From assembly GCA_947629305.1 (NCBI GenBank), contig CANRDD010000003.1, positions 1 through 48,274 of the forward strand: a stretch of DNA of 48,274 bases, written 5' to 3'. Shown one piece after another: positions 27,406 to 37,031 of this stretch. Position numbers and translations under genes: made by a program. The DNA comes from an uncultured Bacilli bacterium (lineage in GTDB: Bacteria > Bacillota_I > Bacilli_A > RF39 > UBA660). Positions within the stretch are counted from its first letter, which is position 1. Every line of letters starts with the position of its first letter. The notes under the pieces were generated by a model. The model was not told the DNA's origin and searched no databases. It worked only from the letters and a program-made list of their open reading frames with translations.

Positions 27406-29394
27406 ATGGACATAGATGTATTAACTAATTTAGGACCTAAAAATAAAAATTTATTAAATAAATTAAATATATATACGTTAAATGATTTATTAACTTATTA
27501 TCCATATCGTTATAATTTTATAACTATTAAAAATATTAATGAAGCTTTAGATGAAGTTGTTTATATTAATGCGATAGTATTAAGTGATATTAAAGTAAAT
27601 TATATTAGAAAGAATTTTAATATATTATCTTTTATTGCATCTAATAATAATATTAATTTTAAAGTAACGATATATAATAGAGCTTTTTTAAAAAATGCTT
27701 TATATTTGAATAGAGAAATATTATTAATAGGTAAATATAAAAAAATAAATAATACTTTTATAGCGAGTGATATTAAATTTAATATATTTAATAATAAAAT
27801 AGAAGCTGTTTATCATTTAACTGAAGGTTTAAAATTAGCTAATTTAGAAAAATATATGTTAGAAGCTATAGATAAAAATATAAAAATAGATGATTATATA
27901 CCTAATTATTTATTAGAAAAATATCATTTTATTTCTAAAGATATAGCTTTAAAATATATTCATTTTCCTCATGATATAAAAGAAATAAAACAAGCTAAAT
28001 TAAGATTAATATATGAAGAATTATTTATTTATACTTTTAAATTAAATTATTTAGCAATGTTAAATAAAAGAGCAAAGGGATTAAAGAAAGATTTTTTAGT
28101 TGAAGATATAGATGATTTTATTAGTTCCCTACCATTTAAATTAACTAGTGATCAATTAAAAACAATAAATGATATTATTAATGATTTAAAAAAGGAAAAT
28201 AGGATGAATAGACTTATCTTGGGGGATGTTGGAAGTGGGAAAACGATTGTCGCGGTTGTAGCTATACTTGCTAATTATTTAAGTGGATATCAAGCTACAT
28301 TCATGGCACCAACGGAAATCCTTGCCAGGCAACATTATGAAGCTTTAACTAATTATTTTCATAATTATGATTTAAAGGTTGCTCTTTTAACAGGAAGTAT
28401 GCGAAAAAAAGAAAAAGAGAATCTTTATGAAAAAATAAAAAAGAAGGAAATAGATGTTGTCATAGGGACACATGCTTTATTAAATGAATCTTTAAATTTT
28501 GCTAGTCTTGGTTTAGTTATCACTGATGAACAACACCGTTTTGGGGTTAACCAAAGAAATATTTTACAAAATAAAGATGGTCATGGCCAAGCTGATGTTT
28601 TGTATTTAAGTGCCACACCTATTCCAAGAACTTATGCTTTAACGATCTATGGGGATTTAGATATTTCGCAAATTAAAACTAAACCAAATATGCGTAAAGA
28701 AATAATAACGAAGGTTAAAACCGAAGACCAAATAACGGAAGTATTAAAAGCTATGTTGGAAGAATTAAAACAAAATCATCAAATTTTTGTTGTTTCGCCT
28801 TTAATTGAAAATGAAGAAGAAACAAATTTAAAAAGTGTAAATCTTTTAAAAGAAAAATTAACTTTAGCATTTAAAAACTTAGTAAGAATTGAAGTATTAC
28901 ATGGCAAATTAAAACAAAAAGAAAAAGATGCACTAATGGAAGATTTTCAAAAAGGAAATATAAAAATATTAATTGCTACGACAGTAATTGAAGTGGGAAT
29001 TGATATTCCAATGGCTACAATGATGGTTATTTTTAATGCTGAACGGTTTGGCTTAGCAACTTTACATCAATTAAGAGGTCGGGTAGGACGAAGTAATTTG
29101 CAAAGTTATTGTTATTTAATTAGTAATACCAAAGATAATGAACGTTTAAAAGTTATGGAAGAAAGTACGGATGGATTTTATATTAGTGAAAAAGATTTTG
29201 AACAAAGAGGACAAGGGGATTTATTTGGAGTTAAACAAAGTGGGGATATGAATTTTAAAATAGCTAGTTTTCAAAGAGATTATAAGATATTACTTCAAAC
29301 AAGCCAAGATGCTAAAGAATATTTAAGTTCTTCAAAATATCAAGAAAATAAATTGTATCAAGAAATAATTAACCAAATTAATTTTTTAGATTAA
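27406..29394 (+). CDS. recG: ATP-dependent DNA helicase RecG
   Basis: GDVGSGKT, APTEILA, DEQHRFG, SATPIPRT, QLRGRVGR. Confidence 0.98.
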   Translation: MDIDVLTNLGPKNKNLLNKLNIYTLNDLLTYYPYRYNFITIKNINEALDEVVYINAIVLSDIKVNYIRKNFNILSFIASNNNINFKVTIYNRAFLKNALYLNREILLIGKYKKINNTFIASDIKFNIFNNKIEAVYHLTEGLKLANLEKYMLEAIDKNIKIDDYIPNYLLEKYHFISKDIALKYIHFPHDIKEIKQAKLRLIYEELFIYTFKLNYLAMLNKRAKGLKKDFLVEDIDDFISSLPFKLTSDQLKTINDIINDLKKENRMNRLILGDVGSGKTIVAVVAILANYLSGYQATFMAPTEILARQHYEALTNYFHNYDLKVALLTGSMRKKEKENLYEKIKKKEIDVVIGTHALLNESLNFASLGLVITDEQHRFGVNQRNILQNKDGHGQADVLYLSATPIPRTYALTIYGDLDISQIKTKPNMRKEIITKVKTEDQITEVLKAMLEELKQNHQIFVVSPLIENEEETNLKSVNLLKEKLTLAFKNLVRIEVLHGKLKQKEKDALMEDFQKGNIKILIATTVIEVGIDIPMATMMVIFNAERFGLATLHQLRGRVGRSNLQSYCYLISNTKDNERLKVMEESTDGFYISEKDFEQRGQGDLFGVKQSGDMNFKIASFQRDYKILLQTSQDAKEYLSSSKYQENKLYQEIINQINFLD

Positions 29395-29449
29395 GAAAAA
29401 ATTTTAAAAATGATATTGACAAATGAAGAAAATATTAGTAATATTAAAC

Positions 29450-29553
29450 TAGCATGATAGACATCATGCTAATAACCTGATCTCTCTTACGATTCAAATG
29501 TGAAGAGATCAACCAAAACCCCCTAAGAGAGAGCGAGAGCCCTCTCATTTTTG
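29450..29553 (+). ncRNA. Candidate ~100-nt structured RNA
   Basis: TTGACA-N17-TAATAT (29416-29444); hairpins TAGCATGAT/ATCATGCTA and TGATCTCT/AGAGATCA, C-rich linker, GAGAG/CTCTC + T tract. Confidence 0.5.
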
Positions 29554-29600
29554 TTTAGGTTAGGATCTAAGGACCTTATACTATGAAATAATTTAAAAAA

Positions 29601-29676
29601 TGCACAATTATTGTGCAAAATATATTAAGAAAAATACAAAAATGCACAATATTTTTAAAATATTGTGCATTTTTGT
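29601..29676. promoter_or_regulatory. Two palindromes built from TGCACAAT half-sites (candidate operator)
   Basis: TGCACAAT-t-ATTGTGCA (29601-29617) and perfect 20-bp arms at 29636-29655/29657-29676. Confidence 0.6.
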
Positions 29677-29723
29677 TTCTTTTTAGGTAAAAATATGATA
29701 GAATTTGTTTAGGAGACGAAATT

Positions 29724-30800
29724 ATGGAACCATTTAAAGCTGAAATGTTACCAATAAACTATACTATTGATAAAGAATTATTATCTTTAATTGCGGAAGC
29801 TAACCAAAAATATGGTGAGTATAAGATTAATTTAAAAAATAGCAAGTTTGATTCAAGATTTTTTTTAGATTCTATTATTTTAAGTGAAAGCTTAAAATCA
29901 ACCCAAATTGAGGGAACACAAATATCACAAGATGATATGTATTATTTAAAATATATGCCAAAAACAGATGATACTAGTGAGATTCAAAATTTAAAAAGAG
30001 TTATTGAATATGCAAAAGATAATTTAAAAGAGCAAAAAAGAATTGATATACATTTTTTGAATAGCATTCACAAAATACTATTAGATAGTGTAAGAGGCAA
30101 TAATAAAGAACCAGGAAAAATTAGAAATATTCAAAATTGGATTGGTCCTAAAGGTTGCACTATTGAAGAAGCAATATTTGTTCCCCCTATACCAGATGAT
30201 GTTCCATTATTGTTAAATAACTTATTTGATTATATGAATAATTTATATATTGATCCAATATTTATAAATATGGCTATTTCTCATTCCCAATTTGAAACTA
30301 TTCATGCATACAGAGATGGAAATGGAAGATTAGGAAGAGCTTTAATACCTATACAACTTGCCTTACTTACAGGTGAAGAACCAATTCTATTTCTTTCTGA
30401 AGTAATAGAATTGTATAAACCAAGTTATCATAAGTTTTTGAATGAAAGTCGTAAAGGTAATATGTTAGGATTTATTAAGTTTTTTCTTCAATGCATAATA
30501 GAACAATGCAATAGTAATATTGCGAAAATTAATAGAATCCAAAAAATTTATGAAGATGATATGCAATTAATTGTTGAAAAATTAAGTAGTAATGCAATTT
30601 ATAGAATAATGCCAGCTATCATTCATCAAATTGTATTTACCAAAAAAGAAATTGAAGAAGAATCTGGTGTTTCAAGAAATACTGTATCTACATTAATTGA
30701 TAAATTAACAGATCTTGGTATTTTAGTTAAGGATTCTACCTATGCAAAAATAGGATACCGTTATAATAAAATTTATAATGTTTTTGTAGGAAAAAATTAA
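29724..30800 (+). CDS. Fic family protein (class II) with C-terminal HTH
   Basis: Inhibitory STQIEG, catalytic HAYRDGNGRLGR, HTH EIEEESGVSRNTVSTLIDKL. Confidence 0.92.
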   Translation: MEPFKAEMLPINYTIDKELLSLIAEANQKYGEYKINLKNSKFDSRFFLDSIILSESLKSTQIEGTQISQDDMYYLKYMPKTDDTSEIQNLKRVIEYAKDNLKEQKRIDIHFLNSIHKILLDSVRGNNKEPGKIRNIQNWIGPKGCTIEEAIFVPPIPDDVPLLLNNLFDYMNNLYIDPIFINMAISHSQFETIHAYRDGNGRLGRALIPIQLALLTGEEPILFLSEVIELYKPSYHKFLNESRKGNMLGFIKFFLQCIIEQCNSNIAKINRIQKIYEDDMQLIVEKLSSNAIYRIMPAIIHQIVFTKKEIEEESGVSRNTVSTLIDKLTDLGILVKDSTYAKIGYRYNKIYNVFVGKN

Positions 30801-30904
30801 AAAGTGTTAATGGAGCAAATTATTTAATTGAAATAGTTGGTAAATTTTAAATGATAAAAGAGAGTGGAAATTCTCTCATTTTTTATGTATTAAACTTTAT
30901 ATTG

Positions 30905-30952
30905 TTTGACAAATAAACTGAAAAATAATATAATATCAGTGTAATTGTCAAA
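30905..30952 (+). promoter_or_regulatory. Consensus sigA promoter overlapped by a 17-bp imperfect inverted repeat (AbiEi operator)
   Basis: TTGACA-N17-TATAAT; TTTGACAAATAAACTGA / TCAGTGTAATTGTCAAA (15/17). Confidence 0.75.
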
Positions 30953-30969
30953 AGGAGAAAAAGAAAAAT

Positions 30970-31767
30970 ATGAAAAAAGAGGAGAAAATTAATTATAAAA
31001 TTGATAGTGATATTCTTAAAAATTATGTAGAAACCATTAATTCAATAAGAATGCCTATGCGTAAAATTAAAAACCAACTTAATAAACCAACAAAGTCAGA
31101 ACAAATAAATAATATTAGTGATATGGTTAATGCTATAAAAGAACTATCAATAAAATATCCAAATGAACAAACAAAAATATATATTGATGTTATAAAACAA
31201 ATAATGAATATTAATAATGGAATACTTTCTACAAGAATGATAGAACCTCTGAATATTAGTAGACAATATCTATCAATTATGAAAAAAAATAATGATATAG
31301 AAAAAGTTTCAAGGGGTATTTATATTTTTCCGAGTACTTTTGAAGATAGTTATTTTCTATTTCAACAAAAATATAAAAAAGTTATTTTTTCTCATATGAA
31401 TGCTCTTTATTTTTATGGTATGACAGAAGATTTTCCTTATAATTATAGTGTAACTGTTCCTGAAAATTATCATGTTAATACTGTAAATGAAAAATGTAAT
31501 GTTTTTTATGTAGATGATGATATATATGATATAGGTATTGTCGAAGTTAAAACACCAAGTGGAAATAAAGTTAAGGCTTATGATAAAGAAAGATGTATTT
31601 GTGATATTATAAGATCACAAGGTAGGATGGATCCTGAACAAGTGAAAAAATCTGTTAAACAATATATGCAAAGCAAGGATAAAAATATGGCTAAACTATC
31701 TGATTATGCCAAAAAAATGGGAATAAGCAAAAAAGTTATGGAAATGGTAGGTGCGTATTATGAGTAA
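30970..31767 (+). CDS. abiEi: Type IV TA antitoxin, AbiEi family
   Basis: wHTH NNGILS..IEKVSRGIY, FSHMNAL, YDKERCICD; about 65-aa N-terminal extension. Confidence 0.88.
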   Translation: MKKEEKINYKIDSDILKNYVETINSIRMPMRKIKNQLNKPTKSEQINNISDMVNAIKELSIKYPNEQTKIYIDVIKQIMNINNGILSTRMIEPLNISRQYLSIMKKNNDIEKVSRGIYIFPSTFEDSYFLFQQKYKKVIFSHMNALYFYGMTEDFPYNYSVTVPENYHVNTVNEKCNVFYVDDDIYDIGIVEVKTPSGNKVKAYDKERCICDIIRSQGRMDPEQVKKSVKQYMQSKDKNMAKLSDYAKKMGISKKVMEMVGAYYE

Positions 31768-32604
31768 TTCTGCTCAATCAGTAAAGGATAAACTGAAAAA
31801 TATTTCTAAAGAAAAAAATGTTGATTTTAATTCTGTAATGCGTTTTTATATGTATGATAGATTTGTTGAACGTTTATCAGTAAGTAAGTATAAAGATAAT
31901 TTTATATTAAAGGGTGGTTTCTATTTAAGTAAATTATTTGGAATAGATAATAGAAGTACTATGGATATTGATGCGGCAATAAGATAAGAAATGTAAAATT
32001 TACAGATGAAAATATTATTAAAATAATAAACGAAATTATTAATATAGATGTAGAAGATAATGTAAAATTTGAAATTCAAAAAACATCGGCAATTCGCACT
32101 GAAGATGTTTATGGTGGATTAAGAATTACAATAAATTTTACTTTAGAGAATATAAGAGATCAGTTTCATATTGATATAGCTACAGGTGATCCCATATATC
32201 CAGGTCCAGATGAATATAAATATGAATCATTAATAGGAAATGAGGTATATAATGTCTGGTCGTACAATTTGGAAACCGTTTTAGCAGAAAAAATAGAAAC
32301 TATACTAAGTAAATTAGAGGCAAGTAGTAGAATGAAAGACTATTATGATATTTATTTAATTTATAAATTTAAATTAAATAAAATTAATAAAGCTAAATTT
32401 AAAGGTGCCGTAAAGAAAACTTTTGAAAAAAGAGAATTTAATGTCGATTTGCTTGGAAATTTAAATATAATTAAAGATAGTAAGATATTAAGAGATAAAT
32501 GGACAAGTTATGCCCGAAAGAATAGTTATGCTCGAAATATAGAATTTGTTGAAACAATAAAATGCTTAGAAGAATTTGTTAATATAATACTAGAAGATGA
32601 ATAA
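31760..32604 (+). pseudogene. abiEii: AbiEii nucleotidyltransferase toxin, frameshifted
   Basis: FILKGG, RSTMDID, AEKIET, RMKDYYD; TAAGA duplication at 31980-31989 gives a stop and frameshift, and removing it restores a 279-aa ORF. Confidence 0.9.
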
Positions 32605-32613
32605 ATTTTTAGA

Positions 32614-32662
32614 TTAAAGTAAATTACCACATTTGTTTGTCTAATGTGGTAATTTACTTTAA
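32614..32662. repeat. 20-bp perfect inverted repeat (possibly the original recG terminator)
   Basis: TTAAAGTAAATTACCACATT-N9-AATGTGGTAATTTACTTTAA. Confidence 0.75.
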
Positions 32663-32689
32663 AAATATTTAAAATAATAGAAACATAGT

Positions 32690-32739
32690 TTTTGACAAAT
32701 CTACGGATAATTTAACTTTTATCCGTAGATTTGTCAAAA
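32690..32739. repeat. 21-bp perfect inverted repeat
   Basis: TTTTGACAAATCTACGGATAA-N8-TTATCCGTAGATTTGTCAAAA. Confidence 0.8.
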
Positions 32740-33097
32740 GCTATTTAACTTAACATACTTGTTCTAAAATAATAAAAGGGATATAATGAATATATCCTAT
32801 TTTTTTTCGATTAAAATATTTATGAAATTAGATTTACCTTATAAGAGTAATATAAATAATATTTGTATTAATTTATTAAAAGATAATATTATTAATTATA
32901 GTAATAATTATAATTTAATAAAAGAATCGCAAATATATTTATATGCTAATTATTTAAAAGTATTTTATAATAAAAAAATATATATAATAACAATAATATC
33001 AATAAATACCTCTTTATATTGGTATTTAAAACCATGGCATAATACTTATTTATTAATTAAATATAAAACAAATATTAATTTAAATACTATTTTAACT

Positions 33098-34027
33098 TTA
33101 ATCCATGATTAAAGGGGATAAAGCTTCATCTAATACATTAAAACTTACTTCATTTACACCATAAGAATCGCGAAGAGATAAAGCAATAGAATATTTTACT
33201 TCTTCTAATATTTTATCATCATTTAAATTAGCAATTAAATAATTATCAAATGATAAAGATATACTATTTTCTAATAATTCATAATTAACTAAATTAGTTG
33301 AAGATGCTAAATAACTAATTAAATTAGTATGATAAATTGGTGTCGTTTTTAATTCTTTAATTATTATTTCTACTTTTTCACAATTTTCATTACTTATTGT
33401 TGTTACAGGAACATAATAATATAAATCATTATTTTTACTTAAATAATATACTGTTGTTTTACTAGTATCTTTAATAGAATCTAAATTATATATTTTATTA
33501 ATACCATAACTTTTATCTAATATAGCTGGTATTTTTTTCCCACTGGGCATTTTCATTAAAGGTTTATTATCTACATATAAACTTATTTTATTTATTTCTT
33601 TAAGTTCAGTTAAAGAATAAAGAATGGCTTCAATTAATTTTTCTTCATCATCTTTTTTAACATTTAAAATATTTTGATCAAAATTAAGTTTTAATAAACC
33701 ATCATTTAAATCAAAATTTAAAAGATGGGTATTTTCTGGTATTATAGCCATGAATCCTTCAGGAATATAACTAGACTTAGGACTATTTATAGTTAATGTT
33801 TCAATAATTTGACTAATTATTTCGTTTATTTCCTTTTTATTTTTAACAACACTCGTTCGGGCAACATATTCCATTTTATCAATTAAAAAAATTGGTAATT
33901 TTTCAGCTTCAATATAAGTTAAAGATTCTGATATACTTTCTTTCGTGGGAAAAATATATATAATTAATAAAATTATTAAAGCTAATGTTGCAATCATAAT
34001 TCTTCTTATTGACGATTTTTTTAACAT
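33098..34027 (-). CDS. gerM: GerM (two GerMN domains) spore protein
   Basis: N-terminal TM, IIPENT.LL, LYSLTE..I.KI, YYVPVT; next to gerE as in Bacillus. Confidence 0.8.
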   Translation of the reverse strand: MLKKSSIRRIMIATLALIILLIIYIFPTKESISESLTYIEAEKLPIFLIDKMEYVARTSVVKNKKEINEIISQIIETLTINSPKSSYIPEGFMAIIPENTHLLNFDLNDGLLKLNFDQNILNVKKDDEEKLIEAILYSLTELKEINKISLYVDNKPLMKMPSGKKIPAILDKSYGINKIYNLDSIKDTSKTTVYYLSKNNDLYYYVPVTTISNENCEKVEIIIKELKTTPIYHTNLISYLASSTNLVNYELLENSISLSFDNYLIANLNDDKILEEVKYSIALSLRDSYGVNEVSFNVLDEALSPLIMD

Positions 34028-34083
34028 ATTTAAACACCCATTACAAATATATTTTTAATTTAAAAAAAAAGACCTTAGTCTTT

Positions 34084-34293
34084 TTAAGAAATATTTAAAA
34101 TTCCCATGCGAATAAGTTCTACGACAGCTCCAGCTCTTCCTTTAACACCTAGTTTTTGAATAGCATTGGAGATATGATTCCGCACAGTTTTTTCACTTAT
34201 TTTTAATTCTTGGGCTATTTCCTTTGTTGATTTATTTAAAACAAGTAGGGAAAATACTTCTTGTTCCCGATCTGTTAAGATGCTTTTTTTCAT
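34084..34293 (-). CDS. gerE: Spore coat transcriptional regulator GerE
   Basis: LTDREQEVFSLLV..ISEKTVRNHISNAIQKLGVKGR..AVVELIRMG closely matches GerE; ATG 34293 after RBS AAAGGTG. Confidence 0.92.
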   Translation of the reverse strand: MKKSILTDREQEVFSLLVLNKSTKEIAQELKISEKTVRNHISNAIQKLGVKGRAGAVVELIRMGILNIS

Positions 34294-34330
34294 AAACTTC
34301 ACCTTTCTTATTCTAAAAATAACTTCATAA

Positions 34331-34360
34331 TATTTTATGAAGTATTTAGAAAAAAGGTGC
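34331..34360 (-). promoter_or_regulatory. sigK-type promoter of gerE
   Basis: GCACC-N16-CATAAAATA on the minus strand. Confidence 0.65.
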
Positions 34361-34366
34361 TAGTTG

Positions 34367-34852
34367 TTATTCAAACTTAACTGTTATATACTTTTGGGTA
34401 TTATATAAACTTTGTACTTCCCGAATGATATTATTAGCTAGTTCATTTGAATGTTCTTTACTAGAACATATAATACTAATAGTATCATTATTAAGTTTAA
34501 CAAAAGTATCAAATTTAAATTTTTCTTTAATTAATTTTTCAATTTTTTCTGTTTCACTCTTTTGATTACTAAGAGCTTGTAAACTATTATAGGCATCATT
34601 TTTTTCTTCTAAAGAAGCCGCGGTATCAAGTAAAATATTTTGATAATTTTCAATTTGCTTTAATATTTCTTCATCTTCACTAACTCTTAAAGCGACAATT
34701 ACATCTGATTCTTTAACCTCCAAAACATCAGAGACATCATTGTTTCCAGCTAAGACACTTAAAGTATCATCATCCATCGTGACATAATAAATACCTAAAA
34801 CTAAAATTAGGGAAAATAAGGTTATAAACCATAAATTTTGTTTGTTAATCAT
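34367..34852 (-). CDS. spoIIIAH: SpoIIIAH-like protein
   Basis: MINKQNLWFITLFSLILVLGIYYV N-terminus; ASLEEKNDAY, IEKLIK and ring-building-motif-like C-terminus. Confidence 0.85.
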   Translation of the reverse strand: MINKQNLWFITLFSLILVLGIYYVTMDDDTLSVLAGNNDVSDVLEVKESDVIVALRVSEDEEILKQIENYQNILLDTAASLEEKNDAYNSLQALSNQKSETEKIEKLIKEKFKFDTFVKLNNDTISIICSSKEHSNELANNIIREVQSLYNTQKYITVKFE

Positions 34853-34878
34853 TTCTTCATCCTTTCTTATTCTAATTA

Positions 34879-34906
34879 ACTATATGAGCTTTTTTTAAAA
34901 ATATTT
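34879..34906 (-). promoter_or_regulatory. sigE-type promoter of spoIIIAH
   Basis: AAATATT-N13-CATATAGT on the minus strand. Confidence 0.5.
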
Positions 34907-34973
34907 AAAAAAATTTAAGAAAAAAAAAGGAAATTGGGCATCTATCGGATTATATATATATGAAGGGAGAATT

Positions 34974-37031
34974 TTGGAATATATGCAAACGGTTAAACAA
35001 CACGATACAAAAGACTGTGGAGCATGCTGTCTTTTAGCCATTATTAAATATTATAAAGGGAATGTTCCTTTAGAGAAAGTTCGTCTTGATGCTAAAGTTA
35101 CATCAAGAGGAACCTCGGCTTTAAATTTAATTGAAGCAAGTAAAAAATATGGTTTTGAAGCCATGGGGGTTAAGGTTGATAATCTTCAACAGGACAATAT
35201 AAAATTGCCAGCTATAGCTCATATAATTACTAAAAATGGTTTAGAACATTTCGTTGTTATTTATAAAATTAAATCATCAGTGCTTTATATCATGGATCCA
35301 GCTAAAGGAAAAATAATAATGAAAACGAGTGAGTTTAATAAACTTTGGGATCATGTTTTATTACTTTTTTATCCCAAGATGCCTATTATTTTTATGAAGT
35401 CTAATAATAGTTTATTAACTTTATTTTTAAAAATAATAGGTAAACAAAAAACATTATTCTTAAGTATTATTATAACTAGTAGTATTTTATGTTTTTTAAC
35501 CATTATCAATAGTTTTTATTTAAAAGTTGTTGTTGAAGCGATAAATGAGGGTTGTGATTTATCTTATATTTATTTTTGGTTAATAGTTTTTTCTTTTTTA
35601 CTTTTATTTAAACTATTATTTTCTAATATGCGAAAAGTTTTAGAAAATCACTTAAATAAAAATATTGATACACTACTTTTAGCCCAATTTATTGAGCATA
35701 TTTTCCATCTTCCTTTAAGTTCAATAGAAGCTAGAACAAGTGGAGAGATTATGACAAGGGTAGGTGAAGTTTTAAATATTAAATCTCTTTTCACAGATAT
35801 CTTTATTAATACTTTTTTAGATTTATTTCTAGCTTTAAGTATTATGCCTATTTTATATATAATTAACATTTCGTTACTTAAAATAATCCTTCTTTTTCTA
35901 ATAATTTATTTTCTAATAAATTTAGGAATAAATAAAATAGTTTATAAAAAGGCATATCAAAATATTGAACTAGAAGCTGAGTTTAATACCACATTACTTG
36001 AAGCCTTAAATATGTTAGTTAGTTTAAAAAACTTACAAAAAGTAAAGATAGCTTTACAAAAAATAGAAGAAAAGCTATCGAACTATTTGTATGATAACTT
36101 TAAAGTTGTTCAGTTTTTAAATAATCAAAATAATTTAAAAATATGGTTAAATGAAATAGGTTTATTTTTAATTAATGGTTTAGGATTTATTTTGATTTAT
36201 CAAAATAAATTATCTTTAACTAATTTAATTACTTTTAATACCTTACTTACCTTTTTCTTAGAACCTTTAAAACATATCATGGATACTATACCTAAATTAT
36301 TATTTATTAAAGCTAGTTTTACCAAAATTAATGAATTTTTAAGTATTGAAGAAGAAAAGGAGGGAAATAGTAAGTACTTAGATAATTATGATTTAGAGAT
36401 TACTAGTTTAAAATATAGTTATAATAATTATGATTTAGTTATTAATAATTTAAATGTAGAAATAAAGATGGGGGAAGTAGTCTTATTAAAAGGGGCAAGT
36501 GGGACGGGTAAATCAACTTTATGTAAGATTTTAACTAAAAGTATTGTAGATTATCAAGGTAATATTTTAATTGCTAACTATAATCTAAAAGATTATAGTT
36601 TAGCAGTAATAAGAAATAATATTACTTATGTATCCCAAAGAGAAAGTTTATGCACGGGTACAATTAAAGATAATATTTGTTTAGGTAAAATGGTTGATGA
36701 GAAAAGATTTTTAGAAGTATGCAGGATTTGTCATATTGAAAATATTGTTAGTAGTAAACCTTTAAGATATAATACGATAATTAATAATGAATCAAGTTTT
36801 ATCTCGGGAGGAGAAAGACAAAGAATTATTTTAGCTAGAGCTTTAATGGAAGATGCAAATATTTATTTAATTGATGAAGCTTTAAGTGAAGTCGATTATG
36901 CTTTAGAAAGATCTATTTTAAATAATTTATTTATCTTTTTAAAAGGAAAAACTATTATTTATATTACCCATAAAAATCAAGATGATTTATTTAAACATAT
37001 TCTTTACTTGGAGGCTAAAAATGGATTATAA
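34974..37031 (+). CDS. Peptidase C39-containing ABC transporter (bacteriocin exporter)
   Basis: QHDTKDCGACCL, HFVVIY, DPAKG; TMD; GASGTGKS, ISGGERQR, LIDEA. Confidence 0.93.
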   Translation: MEYMQTVKQHDTKDCGACCLLAIIKYYKGNVPLEKVRLDAKVTSRGTSALNLIEASKKYGFEAMGVKVDNLQQDNIKLPAIAHIITKNGLEHFVVIYKIKSSVLYIMDPAKGKIIMKTSEFNKLWDHVLLLFYPKMPIIFMKSNNSLLTLFLKIIGKQKTLFLSIIITSSILCFLTIINSFYLKVVVEAINEGCDLSYIYFWLIVFSFLLLFKLLFSNMRKVLENHLNKNIDTLLLAQFIEHIFHLPLSSIEARTSGEIMTRVGEVLNIKSLFTDIFINTFLDLFLALSIMPILYIINISLLKIILLFLIIYFLINLGINKIVYKKAYQNIELEAEFNTTLLEALNMLVSLKNLQKVKIALQKIEEKLSNYLYDNFKVVQFLNNQNNLKIWLNEIGLFLINGLGFILIYQNKLSLTNLITFNTLLTFFLEPLKHIMDTIPKLLFIKASFTKINEFLSIEEEKEGNSKYLDNYDLEITSLKYSYNNYDLVINNLNVEIKMGEVVLLKGASGTGKSTLCKILTKSIVDYQGNILIANYNLKDYSLAVIRNNITYVSQRESLCTGTIKDNICLGKMVDEKRFLEVCRICHIENIVSSKPLRYNTIINNESSFISGGERQRIILARALMEDANIYLIDEALSEVDYALERSILNNLFIFLKGKTIIYITHKNQDDLFKHILYLEAKNGL

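Larger units (their letters stand above)
29383..32617. mobile_element. Integrase-free TA/defence islet at the recG 3' end, bounded by a direct repeat
   Basis: TTTTTAGATTAA at 29383-29394 (end of recG) and 32606-32617 (just after the AbiEii stop). Confidence 0.55.

Noticed and set aside
32786..33112. 108-aa plus-strand ORF
   Set aside because: Extremely AT-rich I/N/Y/K composition with no motif, and it overlaps the gerM end. It may be spurious or decayed DNA, though a real small gene cannot be excluded.
34926..34955. sigH-like promoter before the C39 exporter
   Set aside because: AGGAAAT is present but the -10 (GGAT vs GAAT) is too weak to call.
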